This document shows positions 49,138 to 58,758 of a stretch of 64,000 nucleotides of DNA, piece after piece (position 1 is the stretch's first letter; each line of letters begins with the position of its first letter). The stretch spans positions 32,001-96,000 of the forward strand of contig JBILLK010000036.1 of NCBI GenBank assembly GCA_044376115.1, read 5' to 3'. The notes under the pieces were generated by a model. The model did no database searches. It was not told where the DNA came from and was given only the letters and a program-made list of their open reading frames with translations. The position numbers were made by a program, and so were the translations under genes. The stretch comes from Polyangiaceae bacterium (lineage in GTDB: Bacteria; Myxococcota_A; Polyangia; Polyangiales; Polyangiaceae).

Positions 49138-50208
49138 ATGTTGTTTGATTCGTTTACGCTCGCTGGTCTCAAGCTCAACAATCGCATGGTGATGGCGCCG
49201 ATGACGCGCTCGCGTTGTGTGGAGAACAACGCCCCCAACGCGTTGGTTGCCGAGCACTATGCGCAGCGTGCGAGCGCCGGGCTGATCATCACCGAGGGGA
49301 CGTCCCCCTCGCCGAACGGGCTGGGTTATGCGCGTATCCCGGGGCTCTATTCTCCCGAACAGGTCGCTGGTTGGAAGTTGGTCGCGGAGGCGGTGCACGC
49401 CAAGGGCGGCAAGATCTTCGCCCAGCTGATGCACACCGGCCGCGTCAGTCACGCGCTGAACATGCCTGCTGGCGCTGAGGTCGTGGGCCCGACGGACGTC
49501 GCTTGCCCCGGTGACATGTACACCGACGCAAAGGGTCCGCAGCCGCACACGGCTCCGCGCGCGATGAACGAGGCCGACATCGCCAAGGCCGTAGAAGAGT
49601 TCGCCACCGCGTCCAAGAACGCGATCGCGGCTGGGCTCGACGGCGTGGAGCTTCACGGCGCCAACGGCTACTTGATCGAGCAGTTCCTCAACGCCAACGT
49701 CAACACCCGCACCGACGGTTACGGCGGCTCCGCTGAAGCGCGCAATCGCTTCGCGATCGAGGTCGCCAAGGCGTGTGTCGCGGCCGTCGGTAAGGACAAG
49801 GTCGGCATTCGGCTTTCGCCCCACGGCGCCTTCAACGCGACCGGCCCGTTTGCCGGCGTTGACGAGCAATACGTCGCTTTGGCGGCAGAGCTGGGCAAGC
49901 TCGGCCTCGCTTACGTCCACATGGTTGATCATTCGTCGATGGGTGCGCCGCCCGTCTCTCACGAGCTCAAGCAGAACGTGCGCAAGGCGTTCGGCGGTAC
50001 CTTCATTCTCTCCGGCGGGTTCGACAAAGCGCGCGCCGAGGCCGAGCTCAGCGCAGGGGACGGCGATCTCGTGGCCTTCGCACGGTCCTTCTTGGCCAAC
50101 CCGGATCTGGTCGAGCGGTTCCGCAAAGACGCCGCGCTGAACGCGCCCGACCCGAGCACCTTCTACACCCCCGGGCCGAAGGGCTACACCGACTACCCCA
50201 CGCTCTAA
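49138..50208 (+). CDS. nemA: Old yellow enzyme family alkene reductase (NemA-like)
   Basis: NRMVMAPMTRSR, YAQRASAGLIITEG, QLMHTGR, DGVELHGANGYLIEQF, RTDGYGGS, KGYTDYP; GAGGAG RBS. Confidence 0.95.
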   Translation: MLFDSFTLAGLKLNNRMVMAPMTRSRCVENNAPNALVAEHYAQRASAGLIITEGTSPSPNGLGYARIPGLYSPEQVAGWKLVAEAVHAKGGKIFAQLMHTGRVSHALNMPAGAEVVGPTDVACPGDMYTDAKGPQPHTAPRAMNEADIAKAVEEFATASKNAIAAGLDGVELHGANGYLIEQFLNANVNTRTDGYGGSAEARNRFAIEVAKACVAAVGKDKVGIRLSPHGAFNATGPFAGVDEQYVALAAELGKLGLAYVHMVDHSSMGAPPVSHELKQNVRKAFGGTFILSGGFDKARAEAELSAGDGDLVAFARSFLANPDLVERFRKDAALNAPDPSTFYTPGPKGYTDYPTL

Positions 50209-50253
50209 CCGTCCCACCGTTCGTGGTGCGGCTCGTCCGCCCTACAAAAGACC

Positions 50254-50290
50254 GCGGCCCGTAACTCCTGCTCGGAGTTGCGGGCCGTTT
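50254..50290. terminator. Probable bidirectional intrinsic terminator
   Basis: Hairpin GCGGCCCGTAACTCC-TGCTC-GGAGTTGCGGGCCGT between convergent genes, with A-rich left and T-rich right flanks. Confidence 0.7.
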
Positions 50291-50310
50291 GCCTTTCAGC
50301 CGCTCGAGCG

Positions 50311-52353
50311 TTACTTCGCCTCGAGCTCCTTCAGCGCCGAGTTGCCGGCGTTGTCGAAGGCTCGCACGCCGATCAGCCGTGAACCGGCCGGGATGATCGC
50401 CGAGACGTCAGCGTCGAACGACTCCGAGGCGCTGTCGAAGATGCCGTCCTTCGGGTTGATCGGACGCCAATCATCGGTGCCTGCGAGGGCCAGCTCGATG
50501 CGGGCGATCGGCCCGAGGCCGTCGGTTACGTCGCCGGTGAGACGTCGGCCGTTGATGGCCAGCGCGCCGAACAAGGGCGGCGTATTGTCGACCACGATCA
50601 CACCGGACTCGGCCGAGTGCTTGGTGATCTTGTCGGGGGCGTTGACGAGCTCGTCGGTGGCCTCGACGCGCATGCGGTAAAGGCCCTCGGGCAGCGTGCT
50701 GGTGTCCCACTCGTAGTCGGTGCGGGTGAAGATCTCGGCCGGCTTCAGCGCGTCACGCCAGGTGGTCTGCGAATCGAGCCGGTAGAAGATGCGGTAACGC
50801 AGCTCGTCGCGGTCGGGGTTCTCAACGTCCCAACGCACCGAGACGCTGGGCGACGACTTCGACACCTTGCCGCCCGAGGACTGCAGGCCGGTTTGCAGAC
50901 GGCCGGAGCGTTGTGCGCGGCCATCCGCCGAGATCGACTTGATCAGCGCTCGCACGTTGTCGGTGACGAAGTGGAAGCGCACCTCGCTGAAGGAGGCGTT
51001 CGGGTCTTTGCCGAAGCGCGCACGCATTTGCACGTAGCGGCCGCGCGCCGTGCCGGGCTTGCCGGAGGTGGTCAGCGCCTTCGTCCAGCTGGTCCAGTTT
51101 GCGTCGGGCTCCTGCGTGTTACCGGAGCGGGTCTCCACCTCGGTGCCTTGACCGCGGAAGCTCAGCTGACCGAACTCTGCGGGCAGACCGGCGTCCAGGA
51201 CCTTGCTGGTCCAAACCGAATCCGGGCCGCCTTCGCCTTTGATCTCGCGCACGACGATCGGGTCGGAGGAGACCAACAGACGCTTTTTGCCGGACAGGAA
51301 GATGCTCTGGATTTGGCGCTCTTCTGCGTCCGCGACGATGCGCTCGAGGTGGTCATCGTTGACCGTGAGCACGCGACCTTCAGCGCCGGTTCCGACGTAG
51401 GGCGTGCCGTCCTCGGTGAGGATCAGCGCGGTGAAGTGGGCCGAGCGCGACTCCATCATCGTCTCGGCGGTGCCGTTCTTGAAGCGCATCAACGTGCCTT
51501 CACCGGGACGGCTCGGTCGCGCCGAGGAGGGGCCGGCCATGCCCATGCCGCCGCGGCCGGGCAAGCTGAAGCTGCCGCCGTACTTGTTGGCCGTCGCCCA
51601 CAGCGTGCCGTCTTTGTGCTGCGCGATGTTGGAGACGTCTTCGGCGTCGAAGTCATTGATGACGACGGCGCGCCCGGGAGCGTCGATGCGGTAGAGCAAG
51701 GCCTTGCCGGCGGTGCCGCAATAAACCTTGCCGTCGCTGCCGACCGCGATGCTGACCACGTGTGCGTCGTCCGCGTCGAAGTGGACCTGCGCTTTACCCT
51801 GCTCGTCGATGCGGAGGACCTTGCCCTCCGGCCCGGTGGCCGCGTAGACCGACTTGCTCTTGTCGTCGTAGGCCATCGCCCAGATGTACTCGACGCCCTC
51901 CACCGCAGCGCCGAACTCCTTCAGCTTCTCGGCTTTGGAGGCCTGGCCCTTGGGCAGCCGATAGAGTTTGCCCGCCGGGATCGACCCTGCGATCACGTCC
52001 CCGTTCCAGGCCTGCACCAAGGAGGTGATCGCCATTTGCTCGGTGGTCCCGGCGATCTCCACCTGCGAACCGTTGACGCGGATCAGCTTCCCTTCATTGC
52101 CGGTGCCGATCAGCACCGAACCGTCGGGCATCACCAGGCTTTGCCAAGCGCTCTGCGCCTCGTTCACGGGGGTTTTGCCGAGCGCCCAGCCAGCTCGAAC
52201 GATGCCTTTTGAGTCGATGGTGACGCCGGTCAGGTCGCCACCCGCGAGGTCATCCATCACCGAGAGATCAAAGGAGCGCGTACCAACGGCTCCGGCGGTG
52301 GTGGCGACGAGACCCAACGTGAGTGCAGTCAGGAGGGAAGGTAGTTTCTTCAT
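50311..52353 (-). CDS. Secreted beta-propeller/FN3-like protein, partner of the S55 peptidase
   Basis: Signal peptide; repeated ..GTG.EGK/R.. propeller blades; TRSGNT..PD..W..W; VDNTPP; DGIFDS..E; RAFDNAGN. Confidence 0.75.
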   Translation of the reverse strand: MKKLPSLLTALTLGLVATTAGAVGTRSFDLSVMDDLAGGDLTGVTIDSKGIVRAGWALGKTPVNEAQSAWQSLVMPDGSVLIGTGNEGKLIRVNGSQVEIAGTTEQMAITSLVQAWNGDVIAGSIPAGKLYRLPKGQASKAEKLKEFGAAVEGVEYIWAMAYDDKSKSVYAATGPEGKVLRIDEQGKAQVHFDADDAHVVSIAVGSDGKVYCGTAGKALLYRIDAPGRAVVINDFDAEDVSNIAQHKDGTLWATANKYGGSFSLPGRGGMGMAGPSSARPSRPGEGTLMRFKNGTAETMMESRSAHFTALILTEDGTPYVGTGAEGRVLTVNDDHLERIVADAEERQIQSIFLSGKKRLLVSSDPIVVREIKGEGGPDSVWTSKVLDAGLPAEFGQLSFRGQGTEVETRSGNTQEPDANWTSWTKALTTSGKPGTARGRYVQMRARFGKDPNASFSEVRFHFVTDNVRALIKSISADGRAQRSGRLQTGLQSSGGKVSKSSPSVSVRWDVENPDRDELRYRIFYRLDSQTTWRDALKPAEIFTRTDYEWDTSTLPEGLYRMRVEATDELVNAPDKITKHSAESGVIVVDNTPPLFGALAINGRRLTGDVTDGLGPIARIELALAGTDDWRPINPKDGIFDSASESFDADVSAIIPAGSRLIGVRAFDNAGNSALKELEAK

Positions 52354-52463
52354 GGCTATACGCGGTTTTTGCTTTGGACAGGGATGCGGTCGGAGAAAGA
52401 AAACTCACGCGAGCATGCGCCCTTCACGAGACGAGACTCGCGAAAGACGGCCTGCGTCGCGAA

Positions 52464-54377
52464 TCACTTGATGTCGGGCCGAACCTTCACGCGGATGCGG
52501 TCCCGGCCCACGATGAAGCGCTTCATCGGGAAGGCCTGCTGCTCCACCGAGCTGAAGGTCTCCGGCGTGGTCGAACCGGCCATCACACGCAGCGTGTCTG
52601 CGGCGCCCGGCGGCAAGCGCGTGGCCACGTTGCCTCGGAAAGCAACGCCGCTCTCGCCTTGGATGCGGATCGTCGACACGATGCTCTCCTCCGGGAAGGC
52701 GGGGTTGTTGAGCGCTGCAACCAAGTCGGCGACGCTCTCGGGCGTAGCGCGTGGACGCTCATTCTCGTAGCCCGGCGAAAGATCGATATCGACCTCTTGG
52801 CCGGCGAAGGAGCGCGGGATCGGCACCTCGATCACCCGCGACTCGAGCTTGCCGAGGTAGGGCATGAGGTCCAGCCGCACCTTGACCGGCTCGCCCGGCT
52901 CGATCTCGGCGTCCACCACCTGGGTGCCGCGGATCATCGAGACGTCGCGACCGAAGGAGATCTTGATCGTCGAATCCACACCGTCGATCTTCACCTGCTC
53001 CCAAGGGTTGTTGAGCAGCATGCCGAGGGCTCGCACCACGCGGCTGCGGAAGTAAACGTCCGCGCCGATCGGGTCACCGGCGTTGGCGCCGAAGTCCTTC
53101 AGCGTGATGGTGCCGTAGCCGTTGACCTTGATGGTGGTGGTGGTGCGCCAGGTGACGTCACCACGCTCGCCGGTGGTGGTCTCGAGCGGGTTGCCGAGCG
53201 CGATCGCCGCGAGCATCGGCGCCATGAACGGATCATGCGCGCACACCGAGTTCCATTCGGTTTTCACCGCGCCCTCGACGCCCTCGATCTTCACGCGCAC
53301 CGGGAAGGTGGAGGCGGTGCGCTTGGAGTCCACCACGATCGACGCTTGGCGGTCATTGACCAGCGTACCGATCGGCCGCACGGCCTCACCGATCTTGAAG
53401 CTGCGATTGGAGCTCGCCAAGATCCAGTGGACCTGCGCGATGGCGGTGGGCATGTCGCTGGCGCCGCCGCCCATCATCGGGTGGCCGAAGGCGACCAGCT
53501 TGTCCCCCTCGACGCGGGTGACGGTGCCGAGGCCCATGGCCGAGATATCACCGCGCACGAGCTGCACGCCGATGGCGCCGCCGTCCACGAAGGCGGTAGG
53601 CGCATCCGCAGCGACGCTTTGGCTGCTGCCACCGGCCTGCAAGGTCTCGAGCCCCATCGGCGCGAGCATGGCTTCCATCTCCGACAGGGCCGAAGAGGTC
53701 ATGCCACCGATCATGATCGGCGTGGCGGCGGGAGCGAGCGTGGAGGAGGTCCCACGCTCTTTGGCCGCGCGCGTGCCGAGCACCTTGGCGTGATCCTTCA
53801 GGTTGTAGGCGAAGGCTTTGTTGGCCATCGGATCTTCGCCCTCGAGCAGGTTGGGCATCATGCGAGCCAGCGGCCGAATCGGCGCGGCGTCTCGCTTGCT
53901 CTCGCTGCTCTTGGCCGGGCCCAAGTTGGTGCGCGGCTGGAACAGCGGCGGCAGCGGCTTGTCCTGATCCTCGATCATGTTTTGGATCGGCGTTACGCCG
54001 GCGATCGGCTCGGCGCCGAAGGTCCAGCCGTAAGCGTAGGCACCGATCATCTTCCCCTCGAGGTAGATGGGACTGCCGCTCATACCCGCAACGGTGTGTG
54101 CGATCTCCAGCCGAGGATGGTTGGGCGTCTTGATCAGGATCAAGTCTTGATTGGGCCGGAAGCCCTTCAGGACGCTGATGATCTCGACGTCGAACTTCTC
54201 GGGCTTTGTCCCGCTCATTACCGTTAGCCCGTAGCCTTTCATGCCGGGTTTAACGTCTTTGAGCGGGAAGAGATCACTCCTCGTTGGGACTGCTTCAGCT
54301 ACCGAATAGCCGAGCGCAGCACTAAGGATGACACCGCCGAGCAAACCAGTGAGAACGTTGCCAGAGGAGCTACTCAT
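52464..54377 (-). CDS. SpoIVB-like peptidase S55 domain protein
   Basis: KPGMKGYGLTV..GTKPE.F.VEI, AGMSGSP.Y..GK.IGA, GVTPI..M, GTVT...AFGHP. Confidence 0.88.
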   Translation of the reverse strand: MSSSSGNVLTGLLGGVILSAALGYSVAEAVPTRSDLFPLKDVKPGMKGYGLTVMSGTKPEKFDVEIISVLKGFRPNQDLILIKTPNHPRLEIAHTVAGMSGSPIYLEGKMIGAYAYGWTFGAEPIAGVTPIQNMIEDQDKPLPPLFQPRTNLGPAKSSESKRDAAPIRPLARMMPNLLEGEDPMANKAFAYNLKDHAKVLGTRAAKERGTSSTLAPAATPIMIGGMTSSALSEMEAMLAPMGLETLQAGGSSQSVAADAPTAFVDGGAIGVQLVRGDISAMGLGTVTRVEGDKLVAFGHPMMGGGASDMPTAIAQVHWILASSNRSFKIGEAVRPIGTLVNDRQASIVVDSKRTASTFPVRVKIEGVEGAVKTEWNSVCAHDPFMAPMLAAIALGNPLETTTGERGDVTWRTTTTIKVNGYGTITLKDFGANAGDPIGADVYFRSRVVRALGMLLNNPWEQVKIDGVDSTIKISFGRDVSMIRGTQVVDAEIEPGEPVKVRLDLMPYLGKLESRVIEVPIPRSFAGQEVDIDLSPGYENERPRATPESVADLVAALNNPAFPEESIVSTIRIQGESGVAFRGNVATRLPPGAADTLRVMAGSTTPETFSSVEQQAFPMKRFIVGRDRIRVKVRPDIK

Positions 54378-54490
54378 GAGTTTGACGGTGCGAGTCTAGC
54401 TGAAGGTTCCAGACTTGCCTCTTTTCCTTTGTTTTTGCGAGTTGTGGCCGTTTCGTCGAACGTTTTAGGGCATAGCTAGGTCCAGTCTCG

Positions 54491-54736
54491 ATGAGCGACG
54501 TGGTTCTCCTGCTGATGATGGTGCTCGGCTTCGGTCTGCTAATGACCGCGCAGCTGAGGCTCGTCTTCGTCCTGCTGCTGGAGAAACCGCGCTGGCGAGG
54601 CTTGCTCGCGTTCCTGCTGCCGCCCTTCGCCGTGCTGTACGGCTGGCGCGCGGGCCGGCGCATCAACGTGGTGGTGTGGGTGACCTCCGCGGTGATCTAC
54701 GTGGCGGGCTTTGGTGCTTCCTATTGGGGGCGGTAA
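54491..54736 (+). CDS. Small membrane protein
   Basis: 81 aa, three hydrophobic helices, host-like codon usage. Confidence 0.7.
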   Translation: MSDVVLLLMMVLGFGLLMTAQLRLVFVLLLEKPRWRGLLAFLLPPFAVLYGWRAGRRINVVVWVTSAVIYVAGFGASYWGR

Positions 54737-54762
54737 GCGGCGCAGGCTCTGCCGAGTTCCTC

Positions 54763-55737
54763 TCACGAATCGCGACCGCGTTCGCTGCGCGCGCGCGCCA
54801 TGGCTAGCTGCATTGTGCTGAGAAACCTTTGTTGTGCGCTTGGGTCACGCTGGAACTGCTCGTTGAACTGCACGCGCAAGGCCTCGCGGACCTCCGAAGC
54901 GCTGACCCCGAAGCGCTTCAGGGTCAGTTCGTCGCCTTCACCAAATATTGTCAGGCGAGCCCGCAGCTCGGCGTACTCCTCGAGCGTCAGAACGGGAATG
55001 ACCAGCGAGCCTAGCTGGTCTCGGAACGTCCCCGTTGCCGCGGGAACGATCGCCGCGAGCGGAATCATCGCCGTCTGATCGACATCAATCGCCTGCGCAC
55101 CCAGCGGCGTCTCGGTGCCGGAGGTTTGCGGCGCTGCCACTGGCTTCGTCAACGGTTGCTCAGCTGGCTCCTCGAATACCTCGCGCACGAGGCTACGTCG
55201 GAACGGCAGTGAAACGGGGGAACGGGGGATCGGATCCTGCGTCACGTCTGGGTCGAGCAACGGTGCCGCCGGTTGCGCTGGCGCGCGCAAATACGTCGGT
55301 CGGAGCTCGCCGGTGCCAGCCTTGGTCTCGGTCGGGGTGACCTTGTTCAGCACGGCCGGGACTCGCGTACGTACGTCGAGGGTGCGGCCTGCCAACGGGC
55401 TTGTCGTTTTGACCCGACTCGTAAGGCGCGCCACCGGTGGCCGTTGCACACGAGCGTACCGCTCGGCCACCCCGTAAGCGCGGGCTAGCTCCACGACGGG
55501 ACCGACTTCTTTGTTTGCGAGCGCCAAGGCGATGCGACGCGACCAATATGCACCGGCCGTGTCGAGCTCGGTTGGTGTGATCTTCAAGCGTGCTAGCACA
55601 GCAGCGCGAACTTCGACCGGATACTCGCGAGCGTAGGCCAAGGCCTCCGCATAGCGCTCGAGAGCGAGCGGCGGGGACTCGTCGTCGCCAGCTCCAACCG
55701 TTGCTGGGTGCTTCTCACCAGAGGTAGTCAAGGTCAT
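54763..55737 (-). CDS. Hypothetical protein with two helical LExYA modules flanking a Pro/Thr-rich linker; last gene of the vgrG-remnant island
   Basis: LALERYAEALA..VLARLKIT..W and LTLEEYAELRARL..LKRFGVS..DP....F; ATGA overlap with the upstream gene. Confidence 0.7.
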   Translation of the reverse strand: MTLTTSGEKHPATVGAGDDESPPLALERYAEALAYAREYPVEVRAAVLARLKITPTELDTAGAYWSRRIALALANKEVGPVVELARAYGVAERYARVQRPPVARLTSRVKTTSPLAGRTLDVRTRVPAVLNKVTPTETKAGTGELRPTYLRAPAQPAAPLLDPDVTQDPIPRSPVSLPFRRSLVREVFEEPAEQPLTKPVAAPQTSGTETPLGAQAIDVDQTAMIPLAAIVPAATGTFRDQLGSLVIPVLTLEEYAELRARLTIFGEGDELTLKRFGVSASEVREALRVQFNEQFQRDPSAQQRFLSTMQLAMARARSERGRDS

Positions 55738-56729
55738 TGGCTCGCTGTTTGAATGGAGATCTCAGAGGGCTTGGGCTCGTTGACGGGCCAGTGGATTCTT
55801 AGTTCGGCTGTCGGTCCATCAAGGTCGAATTGAACACGCGCTAGGGCTCTCATTCCGCTGACCAGTTGCACTTCCCCCGCCATGAGATTGCTCGTGTTGG
55901 TAAGGAAATGCTCCTTCCCGAGTTTGCCAAACCCCTCGGTGTTTCGCAGAAACAGAAACGGCCCACTGCAGTGCCACCTGAGCCAACCACGCAGGACGAG
56001 AGCTTCACAGCTCTTTGGCCAGCGCGCTGGCGTGCCCGTATTGACTGCCGTTGCGTCTTGCCAGTCGCCCGCTAGCGGACGTGGTCCGGGTGGGCCGAAG
56101 TCAGGAATTGGTTTCACCTCTCTTGGATGAACAGCTAGTGGTCCGCCAGGATCCTTGATGGCTTCCGCAACAGTCGGTCCTGGTTGTCCACTAGGCCATA
56201 CAACCCGAATCACTGGACGGTCGGCCTCGCCCAAGTACGCGCTAAACTCGATGAACGCCCCTGGGGCGAGACGTCCTATGAAGGTGTCGTTGGCGACCCC
56301 TCTAAGCCAATAGTCGGAGCCAGCCTTCATCGATACGCGACTCGGAAGAAGGAACGGCCCACCTTTGCAAGAGAAGCGCACCCACTCGCGGACAAACGCG
56401 ATTGGGCATCTCTCGTCGCGCAGTCCGCTTGTGTTGGTGTTGAACGTCGGCGCGCCCTCCCATTCGATCGTTGTGGGCTCCGGCGTTCTGCCCTCCGGAA
56501 TCTTAACGATTGCTTGGCTCGTAGGCGCTGCTGCAACTTGCGCCGAGTTGGCCTGTGTCGGGGAAGCGCTCGCGGCAAACGATGTCGCGCCTAAAGACGC
56601 CAGGCTCGGCGCTCCAGCGAAGGCGGAACTCCTTGCGCTTGAGCTGGCTCCCTCCGTCGTTGCTTCGCCCGCGCAGCCAAAGGCTAAGCTCGCGACCGCA
56701 ACAGCGCCGAGGACTAACAAGCTTCTCAT
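55734..56729 (-). CDS. Lipoprotein paralog 3 (candidate periplasmic immunity protein)
   Basis: Lipobox AFGC; two internal copies of P.P...W.....NT...C......W.R..C; same C-terminus IHWPVNEPKPSEIS as paralogs 1 and 2. Confidence 0.75.
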   Translation of the reverse strand: MRSLLVLGAVAVASLAFGCAGEATTEGASSSARSSAFAGAPSLASLGATSFAASASPTQANSAQVAAAPTSQAIVKIPEGRTPEPTTIEWEGAPTFNTNTSGLRDERCPIAFVREWVRFSCKGGPFLLPSRVSMKAGSDYWLRGVANDTFIGRLAPGAFIEFSAYLGEADRPVIRVVWPSGQPGPTVAEAIKDPGGPLAVHPREVKPIPDFGPPGPRPLAGDWQDATAVNTGTPARWPKSCEALVLRGWLRWHCSGPFLFLRNTEGFGKLGKEHFLTNTSNLMAGEVQLVSGMRALARVQFDLDGPTAELRIHWPVNEPKPSEISIQTASQ

Positions 56730-57694
56730 TGGCCCGCTGTTTGAATGGAGATCTCAGAGGGCTTGGGCTCGTTGACGGGCCAGTGGATCTTGATCGCGGT
56801 ATCGGGAGTGTCGCTGGTGCGGCTGATTGTGACTATCGCGCTCATGCCTGGTTTGAGCCGGGCTTCGCCTTGCTGAAGACTAGCGACTGCGACGTTGAAG
56901 AAGTCAACGTTGGGCGCTCCAAAACCAGAGCTCCCTCTGTAGAACATGTCATTTCCGCTGCAGCGCCATTGCACCCAATCACGCAGGACACGGATCTCGC
57001 AGTTCTTGGGGCGCCGGTGTTCTACAGCGGTGTTGACCGGCGTTCCTGACAACCAGTCGGCGGGACGTGGTCTTTCGGTGCCGAGCTCGGGAACGTCTGG
57101 AATGGGCTGAACTGGCTCCGGATAAACAACGAGGGCACCTTGGGGGGCCCGCCACGTCTCCGCGACCGTCGGCCCAGCTGCGTCACTCGGCCACGCGACT
57201 CGTGATAGGGCCCCAGTAGAGCCCGTTGAGTACCGAATGATGAACAGATCCCCGCGACGGAGGCGCAGTACCAAGTAGTTGCTGTTTGAGCGCCAACCAA
57301 AGCCCTTTTCGGGGACGCCAAACAGCAAGTCGGGCATGCAGCCAAAGCGCACCCACTCCCGCTTCACGGCAATCGGACACTCATCGACGCGTCCAGCCGC
57401 GGTGCTTGTATTAAAGGTAGGAGCCGACGCCCATTCAGCCGGGGTGGGCTCTGGTGAATCTCCGTCAGGGATCAACACGAAGGGCTGGATCCCACTGCGG
57501 CCTGGCGCTTCGGTGCTAGCGGTAGGGGCCGAGGCGCTAGCGCTTGCAAAGCTTGGGCTTGAGACGCCTGCGCTGGAAGTGAAGCTTGGGCTTGAGGTGC
57601 TTGCGCTCGCGGCGTCACCGAGTTCGAGGCTTGAGCTTGGCTCCGAGGAGCAACCGCCGACCAAAAGCAAAGCCGCTCGGATGGCCCAGCTCAT
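56726..57694 (-). CDS. Lipoprotein paralog 2 (candidate immunity protein)
   Basis: MSWAIRAALLLVGGC lipobox; near copy of paralog 1. An upstream in-frame ATG at 57784 derives from the duplication junction. Confidence 0.75.
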   Translation of the reverse strand: MSWAIRAALLLVGGCSSEPSSSLELGDAASASTSSPSFTSSAGVSSPSFASASASAPTASTEAPGRSGIQPFVLIPDGDSPEPTPAEWASAPTFNTSTAAGRVDECPIAVKREWVRFGCMPDLLFGVPEKGFGWRSNSNYLVLRLRRGDLFIIRYSTGSTGALSRVAWPSDAAGPTVAETWRAPQGALVVYPEPVQPIPDVPELGTERPRPADWLSGTPVNTAVEHRRPKNCEIRVLRDWVQWRCSGNDMFYRGSSGFGAPNVDFFNVAVASLQQGEARLKPGMSAIVTISRTSDTPDTAIKIHWPVNEPKPSEISIQTAGQ

Positions 57695-57780
57695 CGCAGG
57701 AGCTCCGGTAACTCGAAGGCTGCCGGTTGAGCCAGAGACTCGTGCGTGAACCATGCGTTCACCGAGGACTAACAAGCTTC

Positions 57781-58758
57781 TCATTGGCCCCCCGTTTGAA
57801 CGGAGATCTCAGAGGGCTTGGGCTCGTTGACGGGCCAGTGGATCTTGATCGTAGTGGCGGGAGCTTCGATCGTAAGCCTTAGACTGAGTGTTGCGCTCAT
57901 ACCCGGTTTGAGCCGGGCCTCGCCTTGCCGAAGATCCGCGCCCGTGATCATAAAGAAATCGACGTTGGGCGCTCCAAAACCGGAGCTCCGGTCGTAACCA
58001 AACCCACTTCCGCTGCAGCGCCATTGCACCCAATCGCGTAGGACGCGCAGCTCGCAGCTCTTGGGGCGCCGGTACTCTGCGGCGGTGTTGACCGGCGTTC
58101 CTGACAACCAGTCGGCAGGACGTGGTCTTTCAGTGCCGAGCTCGGGAACGTCTGGAATGGGCTGAACCGGTTGCGGATACACAGCAAGTGCACCTTGCTT
58201 GTCCCGCCACGTCTCGGCGACGGTCGGCCCGGCCGCGTCACTCGGCCACGCAACCCTCGAATAGACGTCGGTTGAGTCGGTCCAGGACCGGACGACATAG
58301 AGGTCGCCGCGGCGCAGGCGAAGGACGAGATAGGCATGGTTCGCGCGCCAACCAAAGCCCTTTTCAGGTACGCCAAAAACCAACGTGGGCATCCGGCCGA
58401 CGCAGCCAAAGCGAACCCACTCCCGCTTCACGGCAATCGGACACTCATCGACGCGTCCAGGCGCGGTGCTTGTATTGAAGGTCGGAGCCGACGCCCATTC
58501 AGCCGGGGTGGGCTCTGGTGAATCTCCGTCAGGGATCAACACGAAGGGCTGGATCCCAGTGCGGCCGGGCGCGTTGGTGCTCGCGGTAGGGGCCGAGGTG
58601 CTAGCGCTTGGCACGCTAGCGCTTGAGAGGCTAGCGCTTGAAGCGAAGCTTGTGCTCGAGATGCTTGCGCTCGCGGTATCACCGAGTTCGAGGCTTGAGC
58701 TTGGCTCCGAGGAGCAACCGCCGACCAAAAGCAAAGCCGCTCGGATGGCCCAGCTCAT
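57781..58758 (-). CDS. Lipoprotein paralog 1 (candidate cognate immunity protein)
   Basis: ATG 58758 overlaps the TGA of the upstream effector remnant (ATGA); lipobox VGGC. Confidence 0.75.
   Translation of the reverse strand: MSWAIRAALLLVGGCSSEPSSSLELGDTASASISSTSFASSASLSSASVPSASTSAPTASTNAPGRTGIQPFVLIPDGDSPEPTPAEWASAPTFNTSTAPGRVDECPIAVKREWVRFGCVGRMPTLVFGVPEKGFGWRANHAYLVLRLRRGDLYVVRSWTDSTDVYSRVAWPSDAAGPTVAETWRDKQGALAVYPQPVQPIPDVPELGTERPRPADWLSGTPVNTAAEYRRPKSCELRVLRDWVQWRCSGSGFGYDRSSGFGAPNVDFFMITGADLRQGEARLKPGMSATLSLRLTIEAPATTIKIHWPVNEPKPSEISVQTGGQ

Noticed and set aside
52323..54227. Long antisense ORFs (634 aa here; also 50617..52212, 49009..50217, 36541..37752, 25606..26700, 23774..24835)
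   Set aside because: Shadow ORFs opposite well-supported genes, expected from high-GC codon bias; no motifs of their own.
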